Assembly (NCBI GenBank): GCA_020348925.1
Contig: CP070758.1
Span: 2,433,688-2,497,687 of the forward strand
Origin: Gemmatimonadota bacterium
GTDB lineage: Bacteria; JBHIER01; G020348925
DNA length: 64,000 nt
Direction of reading: 5' to 3'
Position numbers and translations under genes: made by a program. The notes under the pieces were generated by a model, which had not been told where the DNA came from, did not search any database, and saw nothing but the letters and a program-made list of their open reading frames with translations. Positions 30,293 to 41,107 of this stretch are shown here, in pieces (positions within the stretch are counted from its first letter, which is position 1; every line of letters starts with the position of its first letter).

Positions 30293-30988
30293 GTGATCCC
30301 TTTTAAAGACGACAATCCGACGGAGCGCTATCCGTTCGTTACGGTATCGTTGATCCTGGCAAATGTTGTGGTCTTTCTCTATCAGCTCTCTCTGGGAAGA
30401 GGGGCGGAGCGGTTTCTCTTTCAGATGGGGGCCATCCCGTACGAGATCAGTCACATGGTGGATCTTCCTCCTCTGGCCGCAGTGCCGATTCCGCTGACGC
30501 TCATTTCTGCCATGTTCATGCACGGGGGCTTCATGCACTTGGGTGGCAACATGCTCTATTTGTGGATCTTCGGTGATAATGTCGAAGATGCCATGGGACG
30601 GTCCCGGTTCCTTCTCTTTTATCTGATCTGCGGTATCGCCGCCAGCGGACTCCACATCGCCATCGATCCCAACTCGAGAATTCCCATGGTGGGGGCCAGC
30701 GGAGCGATTGCCGGAGTCTTGGGAGCCTACCTTCTTCTCTATCCGCAGGCGCGGGTGTACACGCTCCTCTTCCTCTTTTTCTTCATTCAGGTCATACGGC
30801 TTCCGGCTCTGATGGTCCTGGGCTTCTGGTTCCTGTTACAGATTTTATACGGGTTACCCTCACTCGGCGGTATGCCCGGTGGGGGCGTGGCCTGGTTTGC
30901 GCACATAGGGGGATTTTTGGCCGGAATGATTTTGATCAAAGGATTTGTACGACCCAGACCGGCGAAGAAGATATGGTATTTCCGATAA
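30293..30988 (+). CDS. Rhomboid intramembrane serine protease
   Basis: HGG..H..GNM, GASGA and AHIGG motifs. Confidence 0.95.
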   Translation: MIPFKDDNPTERYPFVTVSLILANVVVFLYQLSLGRGAERFLFQMGAIPYEISHMVDLPPLAAVPIPLTLISAMFMHGGFMHLGGNMLYLWIFGDNVEDAMGRSRFLLFYLICGIAASGLHIAIDPNSRIPMVGASGAIAGVLGAYLLLYPQARVYTLLFLFFFIQVIRLPALMVLGFWFLLQILYGLPSLGGMPGGGVAWFAHIGGFLAGMILIKGFVRPRPAKKIWYFR

Positions 30989-31010
30989 TTATCGGTGGAA
31001 AGGAGGCGTT

Positions 31011-31499
31011 GTGAAAAGAGGGATTTTGTGCGTTGTGTTGCTGGCTCTTCTCATCGGAGCGTGCGGAAAACAAGAGGAGGCTGAAAAAGATGTTCTGATG
31101 GGCAAGCTCACGATGGCGGAGGTGTACGCGTCATCTCCGAAATTTCGTCAGAATTCAGAACGCTCGAGGCCGGATGAGGCCGTGGTTCAAAGGTTGCGGG
31201 CTATTCAACGGCACATCACCTTCAGGGTTTTTTTAGGCACGTGGTGCTCCGATTCTGAGGAGCACGTGCCGCCCTTTGAGGTCCTTATGGAAGAAGTGAA
31301 GAATCCCTTTTTCGTAGTGGAGTACTACGGTGTCAACCGAGACATGTGCGATGGGATCAGAATGGCCAGAAGCCACAACATTCAGTATGTGCCTACGTTC
31401 GTCCTTCTGGAGAAGAACAAGGAGATCGGCCGCATTGTAGAAACGCCGCAGGTCTCGATCGGGAAGGATATTCTGAACATCCTGGAGGGAGGGGTGTGA
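31011..31499 (+). CDS. Thioredoxin-like lipoprotein (CxxS)
   Basis: Lipobox IGAC; GTWCSDS, VPTF and EIGRIVE.P motifs; AGGAGG before GTG 31011. Confidence 0.85.
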   Translation: MKRGILCVVLLALLIGACGKQEEAEKDVLMGKLTMAEVYASSPKFRQNSERSRPDEAVVQRLRAIQRHITFRVFLGTWCSDSEEHVPPFEVLMEEVKNPFFVVEYYGVNRDMCDGIRMARSHNIQYVPTFVLLEKNKEIGRIVETPQVSIGKDILNILEGGV

Positions 31500-34400
31500 T
31501 GGCTCAGGGGACGTTCGTTCATCTTCACACGCACACCCACTACAGTCTGTTGGACGGTGCCTCTCGCATCGACAGTTTGGTCTCGGCGGCAAAGGAATTT
31601 CACATGGGAGCTCTGGCTATCACGGATCACGGAAACATGTTCGGGGCGATCGAGTTCTACCAAAAGGCCATGAAAGCAGGGATTAAGCCCATCATCGGGT
31701 GCGAGGTGTACGTGGCTCCCGGAGATCGACGGGACCGGACGTCCGCCAGAGGGATGTCCGATGCCAGTTTTCATCTTATTCTTCTGGCGAAAGACAAGCG
31801 AGGGTATGAGAATTTGATGCAGCTGTCCTCGCTGGCCTATTTGGAGGGATTTTACTACCGACCCCGGGTGGACAAGGAAATATTATCCCTGTATCATGAG
31901 GGATTGATCGGTCTTTCCGCCTGTCTGAAAGGGGAAGTGGCACACGCTGTGTTGCACGATCAGCTCGACAAGGCAAAAGAGACCGCCTCGTATTACCTTG
32001 ATCTTTTCGGTCCGGGTAATTTTTTTCTGGAAATACAGGATCACGGTATTGAGGAAGAAGCCCGAGTCCGTCAGGCCTTTCAAGAGATGAGTCGGGAACT
32101 GGGAATCCCCCTGGTGGCCACAAACGACTGCCATTACCTGCACAAAAGAGATGCCGCGGCCCACGATATTCTTCTCTGTCTCCAGACGGGCAAAGATCGG
32201 GACGATCCCAACCGGCTCCGCTTTTCAACCGATGAGGCGTATTTTAAATCTTCACCGGAGATGACCGATCTCTTCTCCGAGATACCGGAAGCCTGCGACA
32301 ACACGCTGAAAATCGCGGAGAAATGCAATCTCCTGTTGGATTTTGGGAGATCGCACCTGCCCCATTACACGGTTCCGAAGGGATTTGAGAGTCTGGATAC
32401 CTATTTGGAAAGTATGGCTCGACAGGGCTTGGCTGAACGGTATTCGAAAGTGACGCCCGGCATGGAGGAGCGACTGGAATACGAGATCAAGTCCATCGTA
32501 AAAATGGGGTACTCCGGCTATTTTCTCATCGTCAAGGACTTCATCGATTACGCCCGGAAAGAGGGCATCGCCGTCGGGCCGGGCAGGGGATCAGCCGCTG
32601 GAAGCCTCGTGTCCTACGCCTTGGGGATTACGGACGTCGATCCCATCAGATATGGTCTCATCTTTGAGCGGTTTCTCAATCCCGAACGCGTGACGTTGCC
32701 TGACATCGATATTGATTTTTCTGATTGGGGTCGGGATAGAATTATTGAGTACGTCAAGGAGAAATATGGGCAGGAGAACGTGACCCAGATAATTACCTTT
32801 GGGACGATGGCGGCCAGGGCGGCTATTCGAGATGTGGGTAGGGTCCTGAAGATTTCGTACGCTGAGGCCGATCGCTTGGCAAAGCTGGTGCCTTTTTAGA
32901 TTGGAATGACGCTGCACAAGGCCCTGGATACAGTCCACGAGTTGAGGCAGCTCGTCGACTCGGACGGACGCTATCAGGAGCTCATGGACTATGCCCAGAC
33001 GTTGGAGGGCATCGCCCGCCACGCCTCCACTCATGCGGCCGGTGTCGTGATCACACCCCAAAAACTGACGAAATACGTTCCTCTTTTCAAATCGACGAAG
33101 GGCGAGGTGACCACCCAGTACGACATGAAGTGTGTTGAGGAGATCGGTCTCCTGAAGATGGATTTCTTGGGACTTCGGACGCTGTCTGTGATCCAGGAGG
33201 CGACGGAGCTGATAGCCGAAAACAGAGGGGTGGCCATCGATTGGGCGCACATCCCTCTGGACGACACGAGAACGTTCCGCCTCCTGTCCGGAGGTGAGAC
33301 AGTGGGGGTTTTTCAGTTTGAGAGTCCCGGCATGCGGGATTATTTGCGGAAGCTCAAGCCCGAATCGATCGAGGACATGATTGCCATGAATGCCCTGTAC
33401 CGACCAGGCCCCCTCAGCGGTGACATGATTGATGATTTTATTCATCGCAAGCACGGTTTCAAGCGCATTCAATACGAGCATCCTCTGCTCGAACCCATAT
33501 TGAGGGAGACCTACGGCGTCATCGTCTATCAGGAGCAGGTGATGCATATCGCCAGTCAGTTGGCGGGCTTCAGCCTGGGGAAAGCCGACATGCTGCGGCG
33601 AGCGATGGGGAAAAAGCAGATGGATATTATGGCCGAGCAGCGGGAGGAATTTGTGGTGGGCGCGACGAAAAAGGGGATAAAAAAAGCGACGGCCAACAAG
33701 ATCTTTGACCTCATGGCCCATTTCGCCGGATACGGTTTCAACAAATCTCACAGCGCGGCCTACGCCCACATCGCCTATCAGACCGCGTATTTGAAGGCCC
33801 ATTATCCCTTGGAGTTCATGGCCGCGACCATGAGCAGCGAGATGGATAACACCGATCGTATTGTCGTCCTCATCGAGGAATGCCGGAGGATGGGTATTGA
33901 AGTCCTCCCGCCCGATGTGAACGAGAGTCAGGCCAGGTTCCGGGTGTTGGACAAGGGGCTCCGGTTCGCCTTGGGGGCCATTAAGAATGTCGGTCTCGGC
34001 GCGATTGACTCCATCGTCACAACGAGGCGGGATCATGGCCCGTTCACATCCCTGTACGACTTCTGTCAACGGGTGGATCTCCGGCTGGTCAACAAGCGGG
34101 TGATCGAGAGCCTTATTCAGGCGGGGGCCATGGATTCCCTCCAGGGTCATCGGGCCCAGCTCATGGCCGTTGTGGAACAGGCCATTGAGGCGGCCCAAAC
34201 ATATCAGAATGACCGCCTGCGGGGTCAGACGTCCCTCTTCGAGGAGACCGGTTCCGGGAGTGGATTGGCAATCACGTTTCAAAGCTTGCCCGATGTTCCG
34301 GAATGGCCGGTGAATGAAGGCTTGGCCAAGGAGAAGGACGTTCTTGGGTTCTATGTGTCCGGCCATCCCCTGGCCAGATTTGAGGAGGAGATCAAGAGCT

Positions 34401-34948
34401 TTGCGACGCACGCGATCAGTTCTCTCGAAGCGACACGAGAGAATCAAGAGATCGTCTTGGGAGGATCCCTCATTGCGGTTAAGCAGATCACGGACCGAAA
34501 AGGGAATCCCATGGCTTTTGGCACGTTGGAGGATTTCACCGGGACCACGGAGGTTCTTTTCTTTTCCGATTTGTACGGGAAAAGTCGGACGGTCGTTGCC
34601 AACGGATCGATGGTGCTCATTCGGGGGAGAGTATCGATCAAAGACGAAGAGGTGAAAGTCATCGCCCTGGAGGTCACGCCGCTCTCGGAGGTTCGACAGG
34701 AAGTCCCGACGACGGTTCATATCTCCATGTCGACCGCAGGCCTGGAGGATGATACGATCATGACGCTGGCCAACATCCTGGAGCAGAGTCCGGGCCAATG
34801 TGCGGTCTGTCTTCATCTGGAAACACTGCACAGCGGGAAGGTTACGGTGCGCTCGCAGAAATATCGGGTAACCCCCACATCGGAAGCAATCGACCATGTG
34901 CGGTCCCTCGTTGGGGAGGAGGCGGTATGGTTGGGTCACGGTTCGTGA
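31499..34948 (+). CDS. dnaE: DNA polymerase III alpha subunit, interrupted by one in-frame TAG at 32897-32899 (codon 467 of 1149)
   Basis: [21 protein letters not shown] and PDIDIDF lie before the [25 protein letters not shown] and the OB fold lie after it in the same frame. Confidence 0.95.
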
Positions 34949-35049
34949 GTCGCCTGATCATCCCCGGGGGCACGTCTGCGGAACACGCGCGATGGGAGGC
35001 ATCACCCCTCTGATGGGGCGGGGCGATGAGGGCAGTTCCGATTTTTTCC

Positions 35050-35078
35050 TTGCATCCATCCCCAAAAAGTGCTATAGT
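35050..35078 (+). promoter_or_regulatory. Probable sigma70 promoter of comM
   Basis: TTGCAT-17 bp-TATAGT with an extended -10 TG. Confidence 0.55.
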
Positions 35079-35129
35079 TATATATGCAGGTTTGAGGAAG
35101 AGCGTCACGTTTATTCTGGATGCGATGTC

Positions 35130-36665
35130 ATGTTAGCTCGGATTTTCGCCAGCGCAGTACTGGGGATCGATGCCTACATTGTTGAGGTGGAGGCGGACAT
35201 CGTCCGCGGATTGCCCTCGTTCTCCACCGTTGGTCTGCCCGACGGCGCCGTCAAGGAGAGCAAGGAGCGGGTCACAGCCGCAATCAAAAATTCCGGATTT
35301 CAGTTTCCGCTGAAGAGGATCACCATCAATCTTGCCCCGGCGGACATACGTAAGGAAGGAGCTGCTTTCGACTTGCCCATTGCCGTTGGCATTCTGGCGG
35401 CCGTGGGACACGTCAGCACGAAGCGCCTCAAGGGATGCGTCGTCTTAGGGGAACTATCCCTGGATGGAGGATTGCGACCTGTCAAGGGTGTGCTTCCCGT
35501 GGCGGTTCATGTGCGAGATCAGGGCCTTGAAGGTATCGTTCTGCCCCAGGAAAACGCCAGGGAAGCTGCCATTGTGGATGGGATTCACGTGTACCCGGTC
35601 CAGACGCTTCAGGAAGCGGTTGATTTCCTGAACGGGGAGCGTCCTCTCGAGCCCTTTCACGTGAATGTGGCTGAACTGTTTGACGTCGGGTCTCGGTATG
35701 AGGTGACGTTTTCTGATGTGAAGGGACAGGAGCATGTGAAGCGGGCCCTGGAAGTGGCTGCGGCCGGAGGACACAATGTCGTTCTTATTGGACCCCCTGG
35801 AACGGGGAAGACGATGTTGGCCCGCCGCGTGCCCACTATTCTCCCGGACATGACCCTGGAGGAGGCACTGGAGACGACGAAGATCCACAGTGTCGCCGGT
35901 CTTCTGGAGCCTGAACGGGCGCTGGTCGCAACCCGCCCCTTCCGAGCACCTCACCATACCATCAGCGATGCGGGATTGATCGGCGGCGGTCATGTTCCCA
36001 GACCAGGCGAGGTGAGTCTGGCCCATTACGGTGTGCTCTTTCTGGACGAACTTCCGGAGTTTAAACGGAATGTCCTGGAGGTCCTGCGCCAGCCCATGGA
36101 GGATAACAAAGTGACCATTTCCCGGGCCGCCTTCTCCCTGACGTATCCTGCCTCGTTTCTCCTTATTGGAGCCATGAACCCCTGCCCCTGTGGCTATCTG
36201 ACTGATCCCACGAGCGAATGCACCTGCACGCCTCTCCAAGTGCAACGCTACATGTCGAAGATCTCAGGACCGCTTTTGGATCGGATCGACATTCACATTG
36301 AGGTGCCTCCGGTCCACTATAAAGAGCTCTCGGGCGAGCCCACGGGCGAATCGTCCGAGACGATACGCGAGCGGATCAATCGTGCTCGCCGTATCCAGTT
36401 GAAGCGATTCAGCGCACGTGAACACATGTTCTGCAATGCCCATATGGAGGCCAGGGACATTCGAACCTACTGCACCATTGATGACAAGGGTGACGATTTA
36501 TTGCGCCTGGCGATCACGCGTCTCGGACTAAGCGCCAGGGCCTACGACCGCATTCTCAAGGTTTCGAGAACGATCGCTGACCTGGAAGGTGCAGCGGACA
36601 TACTGCCTGAGCATATCAGTGAGGCCATTCAGTATCGGAGTCTGGATAGGAATCTATGGATGTGA
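35130..36665 (+). CDS. comM: YifB/ComM Mg-chelatase-like AAA+ ATPase
   Basis: [41 protein letters not shown] and NPCPCG motifs. Confidence 0.95.
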   Translation: MLARIFASAVLGIDAYIVEVEADIVRGLPSFSTVGLPDGAVKESKERVTAAIKNSGFQFPLKRITINLAPADIRKEGAAFDLPIAVGILAAVGHVSTKRLKGCVVLGELSLDGGLRPVKGVLPVAVHVRDQGLEGIVLPQENAREAAIVDGIHVYPVQTLQEAVDFLNGERPLEPFHVNVAELFDVGSRYEVTFSDVKGQEHVKRALEVAAAGGHNVVLIGPPGTGKTMLARRVPTILPDMTLEEALETTKIHSVAGLLEPERALVATRPFRAPHHTISDAGLIGGGHVPRPGEVSLAHYGVLFLDELPEFKRNVLEVLRQPMEDNKVTISRAAFSLTYPASFLLIGAMNPCPCGYLTDPTSECTCTPLQVQRYMSKISGPLLDRIDIHIEVPPVHYKELSGEPTGESSETIRERINRARRIQLKRFSAREHMFCNAHMEARDIRTYCTIDDKGDDLLRLAITRLGLSARAYDRILKVSRTIADLEGAADILPEHISEAIQYRSLDRNLWM

Positions 36666-36667
36666 GT

Positions 36668-38680
36668 ATGGAGTTTCGGAACACAAAGAGGGCCGTCGTA
36701 ACCTTTCTGCTTTTGTGGTGGTGTGCTTTCGATGCAGGTCTTGTGGCCGATACCTATGTGGTCACACATACGGGTGATTCAGGCGCGGCATCCCTCCATG
36801 AGGCCGTCGTAAGGGCCAACAGTCGTTCGGGTGCGGATACGGTGGCATTCAACATTCTCATGGACGATCCCGGTTTCAACGGGGATGTCTGGAAAATAGA
36901 ACTTTCCTGTGCCTGCGAAATGATCGACGACTCCACGTGCATCGATGGTTACAGCCAGACACAATTTTCCGGCGACACCAATCTCGAAGGTCCTGAAATA
37001 GAGATCTCGTTTTTCGGGACCCTGTTTGCGGTCAACTCGTCCCACGGCACCATAAGGGGCCTTATCCTGAACGGGTTTGAAACGACCGCTGTCAGGATAC
37101 GCGGTGGCGGCTTCAACAGAGTCTGCGAGAATTACATAGGCACGGATTTCCGTGGTCTCACGTCCGCCTGTCAGGGTCTCGGGATCCATATATCAAAAGG
37201 GGCCCACGACAACAGAGTCTTTTCCAACCTCATCTCTGGAACTGTGCCCGCGGGCGTCTATATGGAGGGGGATAATGTGGAGCGAAATAGTATTCAGGGA
37301 AACACAATTGGGACGGACAAAGATGGGTCGAAGGTTATTGGCGGGGGAAACAAGGGACACGGGATTTTTGTCTTAAGCAACCTCTTGACCTTTCAAGGCC
37401 CTGAGGAAAACACGATTGTGGGCAATACGATCGCCGGATTCCAATGGGGTGTCTATTTGGCCGGTGCCGGTACCGATAATAATGTTGTCGAGGGGAATTA
37501 TATCGGCATCACCGCCGGGGGCATCCTGTTGGGCAACCGGGATGCGGGCGTCCACCTGTGCGATGGGCCGAAACACAACCGGGTCATCGATAACATCGTG
37601 GCAGGCGTCAGCGGTGGTTCCGCCTTCAATTCCGGGGTGAATATCAATGGCTCCCAGACATGGGATAACCTCATTGAAGCCAACACCGTGATCTCAAATT
37701 ATTACGGGATATCACTCTCCGGATGGGCGGGTGGGGTACACGAAGACACGTGCTTGAATGAACATTGCGTCAACTGCCTGTCTCGAAACATAATCCGGAA
37801 TAATGAGAGTCACGGGGTTTACGTGGCCAGCATGAACTCCAGCAACAGAATATGGGAAAACACGATCGCCGACAATGAGGGAGACGGTATCCATATCGCC
37901 GGTACGAACAACGGCATCATCGTAACCAGAAATTCAATTTTCAACAACGGTGGCTTCGGAATCTGGAGCAGCATCCCGGCTCCCCAATTTCAAACATACC
38001 AGGATTATGCGGTCCATGGGACAGCCAGGCCGTACGCGATAATTGAACTCTTCTCCGACAGCTTCAACCAGGGTGCGCGGTTCTTGGGTGAGACCGAAGC
38101 GGATGCTTCGGGCTCTTTTCACTTTGATATTTCACATTCGCAGACCTCCGGGGTCGTGACCGCTACGGCGACCCATGGAGAGGCAGGGACTTCCGGATTT
38201 TCGTCGCCCCTGACGATCCCCTTATCGATTACGTCTTCAATGCTTGCGGAGGGATGGAAAGGGATCGCCTACGGCGACACCCTGTCTGCGATTGGGGGCA
38301 AACCGCCCTATGTCTGGGCTCTTGTTACCGGGTCTCTGCCTTCAGGATTGCTCTTGAATTCGGAGGGGATCATCTCCGGAACTCCGGGCGAGGCGGATAC
38401 GGCCGAATTTGCGGTGGAACTGTCCGATGATGCGGGAGCGACGGACATCCGGACGCTCACCCTGGCCGTCCATCCGTGCCCGAAAGGCGATGTGAACGGT
38501 GATGGTGAAGTCGACATAGCGGACGTCCTGCGTGTCATAAATATTATTCTGCGAGTCGGAGGCTCACCGACGGCGCATGAAATCTGTGCTGCGGACGGTA
38601 ACGGTGACGGTCGCATTGATATTCTCGATGTCGTGGGAATAGTGAACATGATTCTTGGAGCAGGAAGATACACACAGTGA
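36668..38680 (+). CDS. Secreted parallel beta-helix protein with an Ig-like domain and a C-terminal dockerin
   Basis: Repeated N.I.GN.IG; GG.PPY.W....G.LP.GL.L...G.ISGTP; GDVNGDG.VDI.D ... D.NGDG.IDILD. Confidence 0.85.
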   Translation: MEFRNTKRAVVTFLLLWWCAFDAGLVADTYVVTHTGDSGAASLHEAVVRANSRSGADTVAFNILMDDPGFNGDVWKIELSCACEMIDDSTCIDGYSQTQFSGDTNLEGPEIEISFFGTLFAVNSSHGTIRGLILNGFETTAVRIRGGGFNRVCENYIGTDFRGLTSACQGLGIHISKGAHDNRVFSNLISGTVPAGVYMEGDNVERNSIQGNTIGTDKDGSKVIGGGNKGHGIFVLSNLLTFQGPEENTIVGNTIAGFQWGVYLAGAGTDNNVVEGNYIGITAGGILLGNRDAGVHLCDGPKHNRVIDNIVAGVSGGSAFNSGVNINGSQTWDNLIEANTVISNYYGISLSGWAGGVHEDTCLNEHCVNCLSRNIIRNNESHGVYVASMNSSNRIWENTIADNEGDGIHIAGTNNGIIVTRNSIFNNGGFGIWSSIPAPQFQTYQDYAVHGTARPYAIIELFSDSFNQGARFLGETEADASGSFHFDISHSQTSGVVTATATHGEAGTSGFSSPLTIPLSITSSMLAEGWKGIAYGDTLSAIGGKPPYVWALVTGSLPSGLLLNSEGIISGTPGEADTAEFAVELSDDAGATDIRTLTLAVHPCPKGDVNGDGEVDIADVLRVINIILRVGGSPTAHEICAADGNGDGRIDILDVVGIVNMILGAGRYTQ

Positions 38681-38789
38681 TCGACAAAAATATGCACTCC
38701 TGGTTGAATTCTTTCACAATTTTGAATTATATTTGAGGTATGAAACTGGAAAGGGTGCCTGAGAATGAACGAAGAAGATTTCGAGAGGG

Positions 38790-38930
38790 CCCTTTCCGGA
38801 TCTCTGCGAACCTCGCAGAGCGAGGTGAAGCACTCTCTTGACACCGTAGGGTCATTGCGGAGACGCCGTGTCTTGGTACAGGACACATTCCGCCCGTGGC
38901 GATTTCAGGCGTTTCATCGTTCGCTCGGGA
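38790..38930. repeat. Highly degenerate REP-like palindromic remnants
   Basis: tctctgcga..tcgcagag hairpin, gtcattgcg and gtggcgattt units; boundaries approximate. Confidence 0.4.
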
Positions 38931-38997
38931 CAGAGTTTCATCCTCTCTGCGGAAATCTGCTGATCCTTGCAGCGAGAATATGAAGGAGTTATCGAGT

Positions 38998-41046
38998 ATG
39001 ATCGGGCGAGTCAAATATTCCCTCGTTTTCTTTTTCTTCGTATTCTTGTTCGTGGGTGGTCTTCACAGTGAGGACTGGACACATTTCACCTGTATAGAGA
39101 ATCCGCGAGCCGTAACGGTTGATCCCTATCGTCCCGGCTTGGTCTGGTTTGCCACGAGCGGCGGTCTGGCCAAGTATCATACGACCGAAGAGAGTTGGAA
39201 GGTGTATACGAATTCGGAGGGGTTGTCGAAAATCTGGTGCAGGAGTGTGCTGGTGGATGAGGATTGTCTCTGGGTGGGGACAGAGAATGAGGGTGCAAAC
39301 AGATTTGATCGTGAGACAGAACGGTTGACACCTTTTATTCAGGACATCATCAATCCCTACGCGCCTCGAAGAACGGTCAATTGTTTTGCCGATGATGACC
39401 AAAACCTTTGGGTGGGGACGGATGAGGGGGCACTGTGCGTTGACAAGGAGAGCCTCGAGATCATCGAGGAGATCACTGTCGATGATGGCTTGAGCACGAA
39501 CTGGGTTTTTTCCATCATCGCCGAACCTGAATACATCTGGTTCGCTGCAACCTTTGCCGGTGGGTATATTCCTGAATTTCCCCCCGATGTGGGAGGCCTC
39601 TCACGATACGAGAGAGCGACCGGTGACGTCCGAACCTTCAGGGCTGGCGAAGGACCGTACATCAACTGGTTCTGGGCCATGATTGACGATGGAGACGATC
39701 TATGGCTTGGCAGTGACAGAGGGTTGTATGCGTTTTCCAAGAATTCACTGACCTTTACGCAGGTGCTGTGTGACAGTATTCGGTCGGTCTTCAGTTTGGC
39801 CGTTGAGAAGGATACGCTCTGGTGTGGCAGCCGGAGAAAAATATTCAAGATTGATACGGGCAGGAGAGAGATTTTGGAGACGTATGACACTGCCGAGGCG
39901 CCTTACGGTGAAGTCTATTCACTATCTCTTGATGATGAGTATGTCTGGGTTGCGGTGCACGGGTGTATCAACGTTATTGATAGACGCCAGCACACCGTTG
40001 AAAGAGTCCAGACACCCTTCCTGCCGGAGCGAACGGTCTATGCTCTTGCGCATAAAGATGGCTTCGCCTATATTGGTGCCCAGTCCCAATTGGTCCAGGT
40101 TGATATCGAAAGGATGACGATCCTGAATCGCGACATCACACAAGGGGCCCTCGGTCCTCCCATCAGCTCAACGATACATTGTCTTGCCTTTGATGGCGAT
40201 TATCTCTGGATTGGCAAGAACAGTGGTCTGAAGAAATTTAACATACATTCGATGGAGGTTGAAGAATCGTATCTTGAAGAACCGTATTCTGAGAGCGCCT
40301 CCGTGCGTTGCATTGTCCTCGAGGACCCCTTCTTATGGTTAGGAACCATTAACGGCTTTGTGAGATTGGACAAGCGGAATGGAGAGAGAGTGTTCTTCCG
40401 ATACCCTGAATTGGACGGCCCCTGGACTTCCGATATTCTTTCCGATGGGGAGCACCTCTGGATCGGCTCCAGAAGTGGACTGTTCCGGTTTGACAAGAAC
40501 ACCCAGGATCTTGAAAAAATTACAGACGTTCGAGTCGAGGCGCTGTGCGACGACGGGGAGTACGTCTGGTTTGGCTCCGCACAACTGAAGAGAATGGAAA
40601 AGGAATCCCTGGTCATTACGACGTACACTACGCCCAGGGATATCCGGGACATGACCATGTATCACGGCTATTTATGGGTAGCCACGCATGAAGGGGCCTT
40701 CCTCTTCGACACAGCCCGGGACACAGTCGTCAGACACTATACCGAGGAAGGTCATGTGACGCACAATTGGGTGAATTGCGTGCACCTGACGGATACGCAT
40801 GTCTGGCTTGGTTCTTACGGAGGTGCGAGTGCGCTGGACCTGTCAAGCGTCGCCTTTGAGCCCTCGAAGGGAGATGTCAACGGAGACGGCAGATTGGATG
40901 TGACCGACGTGGTGATAGCTGTCAACATTATTCTGGGTACACGCATGCCGACGCCGGAACAATTTTGGGCGGCCGACTACAATGATGATGGTGCGGTGGA
41001 TATACGAGATGTGGTGCTCATGGTATGCGCCATGATCGGTGGGTGA
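38998..41046 (+). CDS. Secreted beta-propeller protein (two-component-regulator-propeller-like repeats) with a C-terminal dockerin
   Basis: Repeated D...LW.GT..GL blades; GDVNGDGRLDVTDVV...ADYNDDGAVDIRDVV; AAGGAG before ATG 38998. Confidence 0.85.
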   Translation: MIGRVKYSLVFFFFVFLFVGGLHSEDWTHFTCIENPRAVTVDPYRPGLVWFATSGGLAKYHTTEESWKVYTNSEGLSKIWCRSVLVDEDCLWVGTENEGANRFDRETERLTPFIQDIINPYAPRRTVNCFADDDQNLWVGTDEGALCVDKESLEIIEEITVDDGLSTNWVFSIIAEPEYIWFAATFAGGYIPEFPPDVGGLSRYERATGDVRTFRAGEGPYINWFWAMIDDGDDLWLGSDRGLYAFSKNSLTFTQVLCDSIRSVFSLAVEKDTLWCGSRRKIFKIDTGRREILETYDTAEAPYGEVYSLSLDDEYVWVAVHGCINVIDRRQHTVERVQTPFLPERTVYALAHKDGFAYIGAQSQLVQVDIERMTILNRDITQGALGPPISSTIHCLAFDGDYLWIGKNSGLKKFNIHSMEVEESYLEEPYSESASVRCIVLEDPFLWLGTINGFVRLDKRNGERVFFRYPELDGPWTSDILSDGEHLWIGSRSGLFRFDKNTQDLEKITDVRVEALCDDGEYVWFGSAQLKRMEKESLVITTYTTPRDIRDMTMYHGYLWVATHEGAFLFDTARDTVVRHYTEEGHVTHNWVNCVHLTDTHVWLGSYGGASALDLSSVAFEPSKGDVNGDGRLDVTDVVIAVNIILGTRMPTPEQFWAADYNDDGAVDIRDVVLMVCAMIGG

Positions 41047-41107
41047 TGTGTGGCGGTTGGAAATTCACGGTTGAAAAGGACATCATGTAACAAAAGCGTT
41101 CGGGGTT

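Noticed and set aside
32591-34939. 782-aa minus-strand ORF, and other long antisense ORFs (e.g. 7212-8348, 54774-55751, 45846-46784)
   Set aside because: They are shadows of well-supported genes on the opposite strand and have no recognisable motifs.
31499-34948. Split intein explaining the two dnaE ORFs
   Set aside because: There is no extra sequence or intein terminal motif, and the joined length is that of a normal DnaE.
38702-38719. Possible Rex operator (..TGAA-N4-TTCACAA)
   Set aside because: The left half-site has several mismatches and it is not upstream of a redox gene.
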